In this document: positions 40,098 through 53,846 of the stretch, one piece after another
How positions within the stretch are numbered: position 1 is the stretch's first letter
Layout of the letters: the number at the start of each line of letters is the position of its first letter
Made by a program: the position numbers and the translations under genes
The notes under the pieces: generated by a model
Database searches by the model: none
What the model was told of the DNA's origin: nothing
Seen by the model: the letters and a program-made list of their open reading frames with translations, nothing else
From: Trichoplax adhaerens
Lineage: Eukaryota; Animalia; Placozoa
NCBI RefSeq assembly: GCF_000150275.1
Contig: NW_002060962.1
Location: forward strand, 1,047,205 to 1,111,204
Length of the DNA stretch: 64,000 bases
Direction of reading: 5' to 3'

Positions 40098-43000
40098 TTT
40101 GTTTTGTGTCAGTCTAGTGTAAAATCGAATGACATAAATTAGTTACAATTGGAGTTTATTACCTCTAATTAAGGCTTAAGCGTAAGGTTTACGTATCAGA
40201 CTTCAATTTCACTGTATACTCACTTTTTTCGTTTATTTTAAGGATAGAAGAAAAATTAACTATAGTGCATACGTATAATTCTATGCTATCGTGACAAAGT
40301 GTCTTCAAAATGCTAAACAAGAATTATTGTTTCTTTTGAAACTTCATCTTATTACCTAAACTTGGTTCCTTTAACGTACGACTATTATTACTCCGTGGTT
40401 TACTAATATTAAAATCTCACAATCGACGTTCAACTATTTCCGTACAATATTATTATTTTATCTAGACTAATTTGGGGCTGTGCTACCGTTATCGAGAGTG
40501 TTAGATCATGCTTTGCTGAAGCTGAAGTTAACTACTATTTAATAATTCTAAGTTAATATCTCTTGTTATAATTAGATAGACCATGTTTCGATAAAGATAA
40601 TTATCCTGATAATAATAGAAAAAAATTACTATTTCTCTTCTATATAAGCATGCAACTTACTGTAGTGTACTTGAGGTAAGTTACCAATCTACGGTCTTAA
40701 AAAAATGACTTAACTGGCTTTTGGTAGTCTATATATAGCTACAGCATTTATCGTATTGTCTGCCAGTCTATTGAAATATACAAATTACTTTGAGCAAATA
40801 CGGCATGATACGTATGACATCACGTAAAGCGATAGCTCACAGTTAATTATTGATTGAGACTGAAAGCCATGGCAACGGCATAAGAGTTACTATCAATAGT
40901 TGCGTGGAATATGATATATAATTAATTATTATAATTATTGGACATTTAATGTAGCTAAATAAATAGAATAGCGAAACGCCTAGATACCTTTGATCATCGT
41001 AGGCAACAGAATAGAATTATATTCTTCTAACAATTTGATTTTAATTGAAGGGGACTGATTTTATAGCATGTGCTGTAAATTTCAGACATAAATAGTCTAA
41101 TCCTGAAAAGTATCTCATGTTACAGTAACTATGTAAGCTAATTTTGATATGAGTAAGCACAAGCATAATTAAAACATTCTTATACAATTATGAAGCTTTT
41201 ATTCCATGATAGTTGATATTGCTACAAGTAAGCACTAGCGCAATTAGAAAAAATTTTTAAATTATGAAATATTCAGTCCTCATGATGGTCATTACTAATA
41301 CGAGTAACAACTACCATAATTAAGAAAACCTTATATAACCATGTGGTATTCTATCCTTAGTTAGCCCTTATTGATATGAGTAAGCACTCGTGTAAATTAG
41401 AAAAATCTTGAAAACCTATCTATTATTCTATAATCTTGTTAACTTTCACTGCTCTACATTTTAATTTATCTTTGATTGATTCCATATAACAAATTAAAAG
41501 CTGTATGATTAGCCATGATCGTTATCACATAGTGTAATATATTTTCTTGAAGATTTCCTTTGCATACGGCATGATTGCTTAAAAATTAAGAGTATGAGAT
41601 AAAACTTAGCTCTACCATTTATTAGTATGCTAGCTAGGTGATGTTTTAATATTATTGTTAGCAATTGATGATCTGTTATTGTGAAGATAATGACCAACTG
41701 CTAATAAAATATATTCGCACTGCCTAGAATGTTAGCATTCACATAGACCCTATATCTGTATTAATCATCTTAATGACACCGTTATTGCCTACGCAGAGAT
41801 AAATTAGCATAGTAAATGAACTGGATATTACAGATGTAGATCTGAGTACTAGCAAAATGCATCTTTTTTATAGTTACTGTAACGACTATCGTTATGTTTC
41901 AGTAAATGCTAATTAACCTACCAATTTAAATAGTAAAACAAAATTGTTGTATTATTGCGAATTAGATGAATATTCTAACGTTATTAAATTACTTACTTTA
42001 GCAAAAATTTTCTACATTTCAGACGTCAAAATACGTATGAATAGTGTAAAGGTTCTTTATTCACAACTATACGATAGATAAATTAAAAATATAATAAACT
42101 ATTTCCATAAATACTTGATAGTAATTCTGTCAGAGTGCGGTAATTTATATGGTAAATTACGTTTTTACGATCCATCATCCTCGTATGAAACTGTTTAACT
42201 TTGGCTGCGTTTGTATCAAACAGGATAGCATAATAATTATTAAGGCTGACATATTTATAAGATATTAGCATCAAAAAATTAGCTTTATGTGTTCTAAAGA
42301 TTATCACGAAGGTGAATAATTAAAATAACTTCGTACAAGCACTATGATCCCGTAAATTGCAGATTAAACTACAATACTAAGTATTTAAAGACAAGATAGA
42401 TCTAGATTTTGGCTTTTACCCTCTTTAAAACTTTAAACAATATGCGTATTCAACTGAACAAGTAATCCTTTAACGTCAAGTAAGTCGATTCGATGTATGT
42501 CTGTAACTTGCTATTAATTTTTGTGAAGCTAAATAATTCTGATACCCTCTCACAGCCCTATTTTGTTGTTATTTTATGTCAGTATAATGTTAAATTCCTG
42601 TACAATCAGCGCATTGATTTTAGTACTAGTAATCACGAGGAAGCAATAGATAAAAAACTAAAATAATGATGTAAACCTCATAGAATAAACCTAGATTGTT
42701 GCTTATGTAATTATTAACAGCAGATAGATGGTTGAGCTATGAATCTTTGATTGTATTCCACAGACACAATAATCCTTAACTTTTATCTACAATAACTGCC
42801 GTGTGACGCTATGGTTTTACTAATGGCATTTGTCTGCTATAGGAATAAAGATTTTAGAGGTTGCTGTTAACATTTTCAATTTTGTTTGCTTCCTGACAGT
42901 CAATTTCTAATTCTAGAATTAGTAAATCATTCGCCTGTTTGCATTGACATCCACACCCGATACTAGTAAAACTTGCTGCTGCCTTAAAATAAATCAGTTG

Positions 43001-45471
43001 CTTCCTGTTAAACTCATTAGAATGTTGTATTATAGTAAAGTTTAAATATGCTTTAGTAATTAAGATTTCCGACAACTTATTTTTTGTTCTTATATTTCTG
43101 ATGAAGTAAATTTCAAAAAATAAAATTTACGAAATAAAGAATACATGGAGAACCCCCGGCATTAGTAAAGTATTATGATGCCATACTCAAAAAGATCAGC
43201 AGATGGGATTTATTGTAATGAGGCAATAAATTTAATGTAATTCGCCCTTTTACACCTATTATTAGTCATTTAATCTTGAAAGAATACCCCGATATCTGAA
43301 GTTAATTGTTCTAATGTACAGACATTAATGCACTGTCAGCATTATTCAGTTACTCAAAGGCGCGATCGAAAAGTAGGTGAATTTTAGAAAACTGGTAGGC
43401 TTAGTTAATGCTCATAATTATCATAGCTATAAATCATGAGCTGATGACTTTAATATACAGTAATACACAATCAGTGCTATAAAATTTATCTATAACGCTG
43501 AAAATATCGCCTTTACATATTCTATGACAGCCATGGACAAGAGTTAGCAACATCCAATGTTGCCCTAACGCCAACATTGTTGTAATGATATGCAAGGGCG
43601 TAGGTACTAAAGACTCGCTGCCTAGCGATTATCGGTGTAACAGAAACGATTCTGCGTATTGCTTAATGAACGATATCTCTTATTTAAATTCTGATTGTTG
43701 GGAAATAGAGGTTAGATCAATAAGTGATGGGTTAGCTGAGAAATCTAGCAATAGTGACATTCATTTCAGTATATAACTTTGTTGACGGTAGATATTTCTT
43801 CGTAGATTTAGTGTACTTTACGAGTAATAATACTACAGCGTAACTATAATTTGAAAAGCTTATGTGTTTACCTAACATTTAAATTCAGAAACATAGATTA
43901 ATTACATTTTACTACTCTTAATGAGCATAATATACTGTGCTTGCCATTTCAGTTTATTTAATTGCACAATACGTAAATTGTGTTTCAATGTAACTGTAAT
44001 TAATTTTTTTAAAGAATCCTAGAGTCTGGTCAATCATCATTAAATAAAATAGAAGCGCATCTCCAACTTAACAACAGGATTATATTCTTACTAGTACTGG
44101 GAGTAATTACAGTATTTAAAAAATACATAATATTAAAACTTGATAGAGTAGAGAGAATGACTGACATAATCAGATACGGATAAAACTCGTTTATGTGATA
44201 TACAATCAAAATAACGACTTTTAGGTACGATACAGTAAATCTCCCAGGCAAGCTGATATATGACTATGCAATGATGATTAGAAAGAATGATATTTGCAAT
44301 GTCTCCCAAGTATTGTAAGAAACAACCGATTTAATCAGAGGTAATCTTTTCCTAAGGCTATCAAGAAGATGAAGAATATCTATTTTAAGCCGCGTAGGTA
44401 TAGGTTTAAACAGCGATGATTCCTCGCTTAGTCTGTAAGATATGCATTCTCATACTGCAATTAGATGTTATCAGGATGTAATTATGACAGGTTTAATAAT
44501 ATTAAACTTAGTAAAGGTCATTAATGCTAGAAATTATATTTGACTTATTCGTAATACCATCCTCAAACAAGTAGAATTAAGTAGAACTACAAACTATGCA
44601 ATAAAGGGTGTTGTATGCAAATCAGAAAGGCAATGTATATTTTGTTAATTATCGGGATCACATAAATGACTTTTACCGTTACTTAGTTAAAACTGAAAAG
44701 TCATTAAGGTCACTAAAGATTGTATTCACTTTGTTGTTTAAATTTAAAAATAGACAGGCAGCCAAGATCTTATAGAATTTTAGAGCTCTAGAGAAAAAGA
44801 ACGAAGCTTTATGTACCTCAGTTAAATGATTGGTTTCTATGATTAATCAAGAATCGATATAACACTTAAAAGAATTTCAGGACCATCGTTATCGTTAAAT
44901 AAGATAATGAGATTTTTTTGGAGAATTATATTTAACGATTTATTTAGTAATAATATCTTTGTATGAATATCAGTCAATCATTAATAGTAAAAGAATCTAA
45001 TTCTGATATATTAATTTCTTTTCATAACTACTCCTACGTATTAAAATTTGTGTTTCGATTTCCAAATTTTAAGTTTTATCTGTTATTAGAGTAGCATAGC
45101 ACCGGTAAGACCTATAGTAAACACAGAGTTAGATTCACAATATCAGCTGTTTTTGCGGTTATTGTAGAACTACATGTCTATTAATTTTATCAGATTTTCA
45201 TGCATTTCAGTAATGATAAAAATTTCGTAATGAAGTAGCTTTTGGTAGACAAAACATTATTTCATCAGCCTGGTATAAGTCACTATTAAACTTTGTATAT
45301 GGATGTGGCTATCTCTTACGCTATCATCAATGCTTTGCTTAACGATTACGTAGAGTATGAATGCTATTAATTAATATACTTGGAAATATTGCTTAATTAT
45401 GCCTAATATGATGGAAATAGAGTGCAAATAGTCTAAAAATTTAAATAATACCTAGATGATTCGGAGATTGA

Positions 45472-46917
45472 TTAATATCGAGCAGGATCACCTTGGAACT
45501 TGATTGCATATGGGGTCTATAACACATTAGTAAAAATTAAGAATAGAAACTTTATTTATAACCTATTCTATGAATACTTCAGTAATGTAATTCGTATAGT
45601 CTTTATGGCAACGACATCTGGCTATTTTCTACTACCGTACATTTTATTGCTTTTGCTATAACTACAAGTTATTGTACTAAGCATTTAGGAATAGAGCTGC
45701 AATGACTATTGGTCAACATTATGTTAATTTGGCATAAAGTACAATCTAAAAGCAGCATGTCTTAAATTATTAAATTCGAATTATGTGACTAACTTGTGGC
45801 CCAGAAATGCAGAAAATATTTTTTAGTAAAAATCTTATAAAAACGGCGGAAATAAGGAATCCAATCCCTGCCAAAACTAAGGAGGCGATATTGAACCACA
45901 TACTCAGTGCGACTCCATATACAAACATGAAACCAAAGCTCACACCAATATGTAAAACTGACATGGATAGGCTTATAATCGTGAATGCATAATAGCTATT
46001 CAGCTGTCCATTTGGAAAAGAAGGGATGCCACATATGTCAGTTTTATATTCATTTTAATTTAAATTTTTCGACAATTTATCTTATATTAATCTGTAGTAA
46101 CAATCTAATTCAATTCAGTTTTATTACTCCTAATTTACCAAATGAAAATTTTTTCGCGCATTCTGATGTTCTACTATAGCAAAGATACCACAAACAATAT
46201 ACTTTAATAAGAAATCAAAAAATGAACACAATCCACGTTAGTATTGCCTGTAGAGGGTATATAAATCAAGGAAAAATGGCAGGACCATGCTTATAAAACG
46301 CATTAATTAATTAAACTCAGTGCATCTCTTTCCATAAGTTAAAATCATAAAATTTGATTGTAATCCTGAAGATAATATTGTTTACTTTATTGCTGCTTCT
46401 AGTTAAGTTATTCATATATAACAATATTAAAAATGCTATCGTCCTTTACCTACTCATATTAATAACTCTAAAAATCTGTAATTTTTATTCTTTATCAACC
46501 CAACTTGGGCGTTATTATACACTAAATTATTAAAAAATGAATTTATTATACCAAAATAAAAATAAATCATTAAGAAATACATGATACAGGCATTCTTTAC
46601 GGCTAAAAATTACTATAAAGTTATTGACTTACGAAAAACCCTGCCCAAATGTCTGCGCCTACCCATGTTGTGGGATTATGGTAAACATAGCCTTGCAAAT
46701 GAGAGTCAGGTACAGTTGTGGTAAAAATTCCAACGATGCCTAAGACCATGCTAGCTAGACCACATATCATTAAAACGATTGCAAGTCCAAATTGTGCTGG
46801 ACGGAAATTAGAAGGTAATGATTTCCCATGTGGAATACAATATCCTGGATTCTCAGCGGGCAGATAAGAAATAACTTGAGGCATTTGGCTTTGCTTCGAT
46901 ACTACTGGAAGAGACAT
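45472..46917 (-). CDS. Array gene 8: four-TM paralog with shortened tail (~200 aa); exons 46917-46633, 46201-46139, 46003-45794, 45516-45472
   Basis: TM exons are intact. Exon 4 is 65 nt to its donor at 45451 versus 70 nt in gene 5, giving an early TAA at 45474-45472. Confidence 0.72.
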
Positions 46918-48440
46918 ATTGCTATTCGATGAAGATGCTGTAGCTCTAAAGATTTTCAAAAAATAACATTAATTAAAATCAATGGCCAACTTTTTATATC
47001 TCTATAACAATAACTTCAATGAACCTCAATCTCCATAATCATGTAATAAGCTTGTATATTTCATAAACTGAATACAGTATTGCACTTAATGTACTGTTAA
47101 AAGTAAACTACTTGGTACACAATCTCCATAATAATGTTAGCTGGAAAAATGAACAAGTTAAAAATGGTATGATACATGATCTAAAAAAAGACAATCTACG
47201 TTTATTTCCACAAATTTTGAAATCTATCATAGTATAATGTATACAAATTTTACGTTAGATCTGTATATATATTCATATACATGATTGATGATGGCATCTA
47301 TACCGTATTTAGATCTTGCAACTGTACCTTTTGCACTGCCTCTGCAAAATGAGCGGTTTAAAATTAATTTCGACTTAATAAAAGTTCCCTTTTATATGTT
47401 CCGATAATTGTATGCTCCTCCTTTTATCAAAATGGTACAGTGCGACAGCAACTGTAACTTTTGTCAGCTGAGCCTATATCATAATTTCGTTGCTATAGTA
47501 TATTGTTAAGAATATGGTAATAAACCAGAGTTATTAATAGTATCATTTTTGGCATAGCTGCATTTGATCATACTGTATTATATGTATTTTTAGTATTCAG
47601 AGATTATCCAGAAATAGAATGTCATTACATCAGTGATAATACGCTGCGCGTTCCGTACTCCACTTTAAGCACTGTATATAACGGTTTTTACCTTGATGAC
47701 ATATCGGTATTAAAAGGTCTTATTAATTGTAAATAAATAATGCAGCAAATTAAACATTCGCATTGTTACCATTGTTTCATGCAAATAGAAGTTAGACTGC
47801 AATCAGCAAATTAAATTTTAAAGGAATATTGATCATAAGAGCCGAAGCTACTGTGTTACAGTATTGATTTATATTGATGCAAGCTGTAATAATGAACTAT
47901 TTTATTAAATGAACAATAAAGGAATAATTTTAATGTAATTCACAATAGCTGCTGCAGTTTTGTCTCTATTGCTCCTGCTCACTTAGACTGCAAGCTCGCT
48001 ATCAAAGAGAACTGCTCTATTCGATAGGGTCTGAATGGTCTCTTAAGTTATAAAAATTTTGTCGCAAATTCACGTTTTATGCAGTGTATGGTGTTCTGCA
48101 TGGTAAAGACATTTATGATATCACGATGCTATACTGTGTAGTGCAACTACTGACAGCAAAGACAAATTTTTGTGGCACTTTTCTAAGACGCTTCTGCAAC
48201 ACTCTGTTAATTTCAATCAATTACATCATAGCTATTTTCATATTGACAAGCTGGAAGAAGAACTAGCAACCTCCGCATTGGAAGTACAATATTCTTAATT
48301 TTATACAGCTATTTTGGCATAAACTAACGAAAATAACCAATATTCTCTCTTAGCCCTTTAGTTTGCCTTCTTTACACCCTAACTCTTAATGTTGTAGAAG
48401 TAATATTCCTATCGATTAGACATGAATGTATAATGCATAC

Positions 48441-49060
48441 TGTCACAACCACGTTTTTGTGACACAGGATCTCTACTTATCGTGTAAAACTTAGCTAAGT
48501 ACGGTACAATCCCGACACTGAACAAGTGCTACTGGAACTACGCTTCCTATTAGAACACTAACTTCTCGGGTGTGGGACTACACTTCTTCGACCGTCACTA
48601 GGTTACTCGATTACACAAGTAGTTGAGCGTAGGCTTTAGAACAGATAACTATCACTACAGTTTATTCTTTTCTATGCCTTTCTCCTCGTCCACATGGCAT
48701 CATAGTTAGCCTTTATATACTTTCTAAGATATTTACTATTTACATTAATCTCACGTAGGAGATCTCACAACGATAACCTCCTATCCAGTAATAATCTTAC
48801 AACACGACTACAAATCGTGTCAGCATAAACAACTCTCTAACACAAAGGTTGCACATCATCAAGATTTATATTTATCTAGTCTATCCTCGTATTCGAATAC
48901 ATACAAAATAACTAAGGACAGTTGATCATCAAAACACCTTACTAACAAACATCATAACACATCAATTTCCATCAATAAAAAACACCATAACACTTCAATT
49001 TCTATCTATAACAAACACCATAACACTTCTAACTCATCACGGCAAAAAGGTACCGTGACA
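48441..49060 (-). mobile_element. Solo LTR, family D (620 bp)
   Basis: TGTCAC...GTGACA ends, exact TSD CATAC, minus-strand GTATATAAAGG then AATAAA, internal CATAACAC short repeats. Confidence 0.85.
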
Positions 49061-49362
49061 CATACATTTAAAGAATTTCGATTATGCGTACTTTGATTTA
49101 TTTGCTATATTTTATTAGTTGTTCCACAATTACAGCCAAGTTGCATATAAAGTCTATACAAAAATACGATTTAAAGACCAGTCAGCGATAGTAAGGTATT
49201 TTAATTTTTCAACAGAGCACTATTTCCATTTTTCTAATAATGCCCATAATCAAAGCTTAAAATAATATACAGTAATTCGCTAATATGTTGCCATGCTGCC
49301 TTGAGTAAATTAAAGTCTTAGATGGATAAATATACAGTACAGTCCTTTAGGTTTGACGCTAC

Positions 49363-49798
49363 TGTCACGGTACGAACTACCGTGAAGAAATAGCTATCTA
49401 AATTTGGTTAATATAATATAGTGATATTATATTACAACTAGTTACTTACAATAGGAATTACTCTAATTATAAATGTGTTACAGTAAATTTAATGCTGTAC
49501 TGCAATGTGCTCTGAAATGATTCTGTGAATGGACATATTGTAGTCCGACTGTAAAAAATTAGTTTGTAGATGTTCTCGCCTAAGTATTTTTATAAGAGGA
49601 CTCGTGAATGTTAGCTGCTGTAGAAGGGTATATAAGCCCGTCAGATAATTGAATAAAGTAGTTCTCAATTGTCTAGTTGAGTTTAACGTAGAATCAAAGG
49701 CGTCTAAATTCTTGTGAGTAGGGATACTGAATCCCGGAGACTATAGTAATTTAGAGATATGTTTTACGTTATCCTTGTCACGAAGCTGGTTTGTAACA
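49363..49798 (+). mobile_element. Solo LTR, family A (436 bp)
   Basis: TG...CA ends, exact TSD GCTAC, GTATATAAGC then AATAAA. Copy of 16016-16464. Confidence 0.92.
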
Positions 49799-51405
49799 GC
49801 TACTCATATAATATGAAAAATAAAGTAGCAAAAACCTAGAACCTTAAAACCAGAAAATTGGCAACGTATATTGAATGGACACGTTGATATGGCTTAGCGC
49901 ATTTCATACAGTACATCTCATATATTCTTACAATTATAGCATTCTCAATGTTAAAACACTGTAAATTTATAAACCACCATACTACTTAGTCTTTATCTTA
50001 GACGTTACTACAACAAGTAATCGTTGTCTGTGATACTGAACGCACTTGAAGCTAACTAAGCCGTAATTATTAAAGACGCATTATAGATGCATTTAAAAGC
50101 GAATATTAAAGTATCAAAATGATTTTCAAGTTGTATTACGGGAAGAATTAATTTTAACTATCGAATCATAATTCATTCCGTAATTCAAAACTGCAATTAT
50201 TCATATTTAAATGCTACAAATGTTGTGAATTATTTCTATGACACTGATATTATCAATATCATTAAAATCATACGGATCACATTCAGCTGTTCGCTTTTGC
50301 CGATAACCGAAATTTGATTACTCTACTAAATGAAGAAATAACCTACCTATTGCTTTTTGCAATAAATAGGCATGTTTAGTAATTATAAAATAATTAATTC
50401 AGTAGATAACCTTAAATTGATTATATACCATCTGAAGATGTCGTCTAAATTAAGCTTAAATGTTGCGGTATGATTTTAGAGATCAATTATATCTAAATTA
50501 CGGCAGCATCTAGGAAAATCAGTATAGAAATTTGAGCATGTTATTATGAATAAATGTTATATACATAAAAAATCATAGCCTAAATTTGTAAAGTATAACA
50601 GTCTCATGAAATGGTTCCTTACCTAGCAAGATATGGAAGTTAACACGTTTTATTCTGCAAGATTAAAACTATTTAATTTATACGCTAAATTACGGTAGAT
50701 TTTGTGAAAGGATTAGATGAATATCGCTATAATAATGGTACCGGTACTCCTAATAGTGTCCATTCGATCAGAATAGTTTGTAGTATCTATAAAATAAACA
50801 GACCTTATCAAATTTTAAATATAATTCTGCTCCTTATCTTTTGATCGAAATTTTAGCGTAATTCTTACTGTGAGTATTTCTAAATGATTAATAATAGAAT
50901 TAGAATCGATTTCGTCTTAAAATGAAAATGGACCATCATAACTCTCTGCTATGATTTTAAGTATAGTTCTCGTATTAGACTTTGACAGTAATCATGTAAG
51001 CACCAAATAAAGTAGTTTTGTCAATTTAGCCAAAACGTAATACCATTATTCGTGAATCATAGCACTAATAGTTGGACTCATCGGTAATTGCCCTCGAAAA
51101 GTAATTTACTCGTCCAGATATCTGTAACACTTTCCGTGAAAATTGATGAAATCCGTTAAACAAACTGATCACCAAATTATTATCACATTACTAAAATTCC
51201 ACCAGAAACGATGATCAACGGTTCAAGTATCCAAATACTGGTAGAATGCTAAATTTGATACCCTTTGTAATTATATCTGATAAATTTACTAAGTATCGCC
51301 ATATGTATTTGCTACTATGAGATACGGCTCTGAGATTTAAACCATTATATGTTTAAATGCCTTTTCAGTGGCAGTAGCCATCCGACTATAGGAGCCAAGA
51401 GATAC

Positions 51406-51958
51406 TGTAATGTAACTTAGTATTGGTGATAGTAGACTGTTAGCCATGTTTAGTATAATGTACGGTAGATATTTATCCTAAGAGATATTTGGTAGCTATA
51501 ACTATAGGCTGTAGTGGTATAGACTCTATGCTAGAGTACTGACGACTATTTACAGTAAGGTGTTGAGTTACTAATAAGGCTATAGGTAAAAATAGAACTG
51601 TAAATCATATATTAGGATATGGTTAATTCATTGTACTTTGGCTGGTGTGAATAATGTCTACTTAAGTACTGTAGTCGTATCAATATTGGATTAATGATGG
51701 TCCGCAGTAGAATAGTCTTACTGAGAATAATTTAACTATGTGTAATATAAGGTAAAAGGTTGCCATGTAGATTGTAGCTGCGAATACTACGAAAAGTATA
51801 AAAGCATGCAACTTTAGATTATTCTGTTAGTTCGTTGTAGAAGTCTTTAGAAGTAGTATTCGGCCAGAGTAGAGCTGTGTGTAGTTAATCTTTGTATAAG
51901 ATTCAATAAAGCCCTTATTTTTCTAAAATTTGGAATTTCGTGATTGGTATATATCACA
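51406..51958 (+). mobile_element. Solo LTR, family C (553 bp)
   Basis: TG...CA ends, exact TSD GATAC, GTATAAAAG near 51797 and AATAAA near 51905. Confidence 0.92.
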
Positions 51959-52844
51959 GATACAAAGCAACATGAACAGGTCATTAAATGACCAATTTTC
52001 CGTAGATTTAAGACTGCATGCATGAAACTTAATGGGTGACAGATAGACAGCTTGTAATCTTGCTATCTAGGAACTGCTGCTGCTTATTGAGAACTTAGAA
52101 CTAAGCTCTACTAAATATCAATGAAAGTAAGAAATGATAAATTTATGTTATTAATATAGAATTACTTAGAGCAGTAAATATAATAGCTAGATGAATACGC
52201 GTATTAATCATATTCTGATATTAACGCATCGAAATAAATTCGTTATATCAAACTAAGTAGTTACTTTCAGTTTAAGTTTAGCCGGCATCTTATACAATAA
52301 ATACTATTTAATTTTGATAGAATTTATAGCTTAGAGTACGGAACTATATCTAGCGTAATTTCTCTTGGTAAAAATTGGTTGATTTCTGAAAGCTACAAAA
52401 CGATTTGATCTTTGCAAATTAAGTTGCAATTGTCGTCATAATAGTATAATATGTAGTTTGTATAGCTTTACTTTAGTTGAGTTATGGAATTATCAATTTA
52501 TTATCTCAATGCTATCCGGTCACTGCCGCAGCCATCATTTGTACTATCAATTAGTGCAATGATGATTTATCATGTAAAGTTGATAAATTAACATCAAAGC
52601 TACTATAAATTTTATCATGACTTAGTAATGCAGAACTAGGCAACCAGCATTTCGCTTATAGCAAGCTATTGGACTAAATCTTAGTTTATACGGCCTTTAG
52701 TAAAAATTTTAAAGCAAGATGAACTGATAGTAGAGTACACGATTTATTGGAAGCTTTTATGCTCTGTGAGCGCTTCAGATATTATTTTATCAACATTTAA
52801 CTTTATCCATTTCTTAGTTTAATTGCCATCAAAAAGCTCAGAAA

Positions 52845-53846
52845 AGTACTTAGTCAATATTATAACAAAGCTGTAAAGTTTGCAAACAGTTAGGACCTTC
52901 AGCTATAATACAAAACGAGCCTTTCGATACTGTCACAAAGAAATAAAAGCTGTACAGTGTCGGTGAAGAAAACTTCATAAAAGAAATGACAATTTTTAGG
53001 TAATTAATATATCATCGTGCTTTGAGATCTTGCAATCAGTACTACTTTCCGGAGAGATCTAATAGTAAAATCTGTACGTGGTCATTATAGCGAAATGGAT
53101 GCCAAATTGCACTGCTGATAATACCAGGCTGATTATACTTAAAGCGTAGAAACGATTGACCTAAAATTGGAAAAGTTTAAAAGTGCGTACAAGTGTTATA
53201 GCAGATTTTATATTGATCATAATAAATATAACTTTTCGGGCAGGTCTAGAGTCATTATAGGCCCAAGTATGCAACTAAAGATATAATAAAAATCAAACTA
53301 TCCATACCATTAGCTGGTTAATTTCATTATACCGTAGTATAACAGCAAAGATTCCACCAAAGATATACTGAGGAAGAATGCAAGAATATCAGTAGATCAC
53401 CTAGCATTTCATCAATTAGAATAGAATAAATTCTGTATTTGTAATGAAAAACGATACTATAGATATCTAGGATTTGAAAGTACCACAATTTTATAATGAT
53501 AAATTACATGGTACTGAAAAAATAGCCATATGGTTAACTGAAACTTGTACTATTACGTTAAATAGGCCTTATCAAGAAAATCCATAGATTAATATCTACT
53601 TACAAACAAGGTAATCCATAAATCGATCGATATTAATGTGGCAGGGGTTCTGTTAAATAAAACAATAGAGAAAACAAGACATCCAAGCAGGCAAAAGACA
53701 GACAAAATTATCATCAAAATGGTAATCTTTGATCTTGGGCAAATTCGCTTAGGTATAGATCGTTTGGGCATGCAAGATGGATAAGCAAATCGGCGAAGTT
53801 TCTTTAACTGCTTATCACTAAGTTCTTGGTCAAGTTCCGTAGGCAT
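52845..53846 (-). pseudogene. Array gene 9: divergent paralog, probably a pseudogene; exons 53846-53604, 53367-53308, 53160-(stop 53059)
   Basis: Same splice pattern (DLWITLF|YIFGG...|VNRFYALS). TAG follows TM3. A TM4-like remnant SFVIILTKYF lies near 52880-52845. Confidence 0.68.

Noticed and set aside
50620-50790. Exon-like AG/GT-bounded segments on the minus strand
   Set aside because: Could not be assembled into a coherent frame or linked to gene 9.
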